Shown: one piece after another, positions 63,083 through 64,000 of the stretch
How the letters are laid out: each line of letters begins with the position of its first letter
How positions within the stretch are numbered: position 1 is the first letter of the stretch
Origin: Phoronis australis
Lineage: Eukaryota; Animalia; Phoronida
Assembly: GCA_002633005.1 (NCBI GenBank)
Contig: NMRA01000025.1
Location: 729,785 to 793,784 of the forward strand
Direction: 5' to 3'
DNA: 64,000 nucleotides
Translations under genes and position numbers: made by a program
Notes under the pieces: generated by a model
The model's input: only the letters and a program-made list of their open reading frames with translations
Database searches by the model: none
What the model was told of the DNA's origin: nothing

Positions 63083-63607
63083 CTGGAAAAACAACAGCCA
63101 GCGTATACAATGACTGTTGATTTAATGGTAGTAAAGGACAACACACATTTCCTGAATGAAACGCCACTTTTAGCTCCGTCAAACATAACGCATACCATTA
63201 ATAATTACTTTTGCGAATCAATGCAGATGTTTTACGTCTTTCGATTTCGTCTAAGTGTTAACCTGTTGCCCGTTCCGTAGACGCAATACGCTCGCGAACT
63301 CGAAGAATCACATAAGTCTTCGCGAGATATCGCGATGCATTACAAGTGAACCCCGTGATCACAGTAACATTTCCCGTGAAATTCTTGCGCCTACGAAACA
63401 CAACCCCGGTACTTCACAGCGGGAATCCTTCTGAGGCTTATGCATTTCGAGATTTATACACATTGTGGGAGGTTTTACAACGAGATGGCAATTTTGTCTT
63501 TTACCTAAGTTTGGAAATCCGCAAATGTTCCGTGACTGTGGCAGTCAGTAGTTAATAACGCATTTGTTGAATTTAGAGGCGTTAACGAAGTAAGATGTCC
63601 TACTTAC

Positions 63608-63626
63608 CTCAGAAGTGAAGTTATAG
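63608..63626 (-). CDS. Candidate 19-nt microexon (xYNFTSE)
   Basis: gtttgttttttaag|C TAT AAC TTC ACT TCT GAG|gtaagt; ends in phase 0, in frame with the next exon. Confidence 0.6.
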
Positions 63627-63751
63627 CTTAAAAAACAAACTTTTATAGTGTAACAGACAACAGTACAGATTTGACAGAGTAGAGAAATTGCTCAGGCACA
63701 CTACACTATACAAGCTATACGAATATTATCTTGATACGGCGTGGAAAATAT

Positions 63752-63908
63752 GTTGCAAACATTTAAGTCTGGTCAGCACGCCATCTGCTGGTCTCCACGG
63801 TTAGCAGAAAGTCCTGGGTTCAAGTCCTGGTCGTGGGCAGAACTCTTTATTAGGTCACGTGATGTGGCCAGCAGATGCCGTACTGATCAGACTTAAAGTG
63901 TTTGCAAC
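63752..63908. mobile_element. 157-bp MITE-like fold-back element with a tRNA-like core
   Basis: Arms of about 42 bp: GTTGCAAACATTTAAGTCTGGTCAGCACGCCATCTGCTGG versus reverse complement GTTGCAAACACTTTAAGTCTGATCAGTACGGCATCTGCTGG. The core GGTTAGCAGAAAGTCCTGGGTTCAAGTCCTGG contains a B-box. Confidence 0.7.
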
Positions 63909-64000
63909 TACACAAGCTGTCTTTTAGTTTGTTGTAGCTACGTACTTCCAGTTTGTTATATTCGTTCATTTATAACGATCATCTTGGGCAGGCAATAAAC

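Overview
Eukaryotic (invertebrate animal, AT-rich, probably lophotrochozoan) genomic DNA with two convergent spliced genes and TE-rich introns. There is no prokaryotic system here. (1) + strand: an LRP5/6 (arrow) Wnt co-receptor gene. Thirteen coding exons from 18989 to 42797 were reconstructed with GT-AG sites and compatible phases (4808 nt, about 1602 aa). They encode 4 YWTD propeller/EGF units, 3 LDLa repeats, a TM helix and 5 PPP(S/T)P-type motifs. The signal-peptide exon was not found and is probably upstream of the window. The whole 3' third of the CDS is one 1615-nt exon. (2) - strand: the 3' part of an unidentified gene with a 19-nt microexon, a 117-nt exon, a 1140-nt acidic exon (possibly with an alternative basic C-terminus) and a 4.7-kb Glu/Asp/Lys-rich exon with six internal repeats. 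About 1.2 kb of decayed 'fossil' coding sequence follows its stop codon. Introns contain non-autonomous DNA transposons (hAT with 8-bp TSD, Sola1-like, PIF/Harbinger MITEs, Helentron-type HINEs), two inverted-repeat elements with tRNA-like cores, a 147-nt hairpin and about ten unrelated minisatellites. Most short ORFs in the track are spurious. Assembly Ns lie at 12632, 27393 and 51088-51214.
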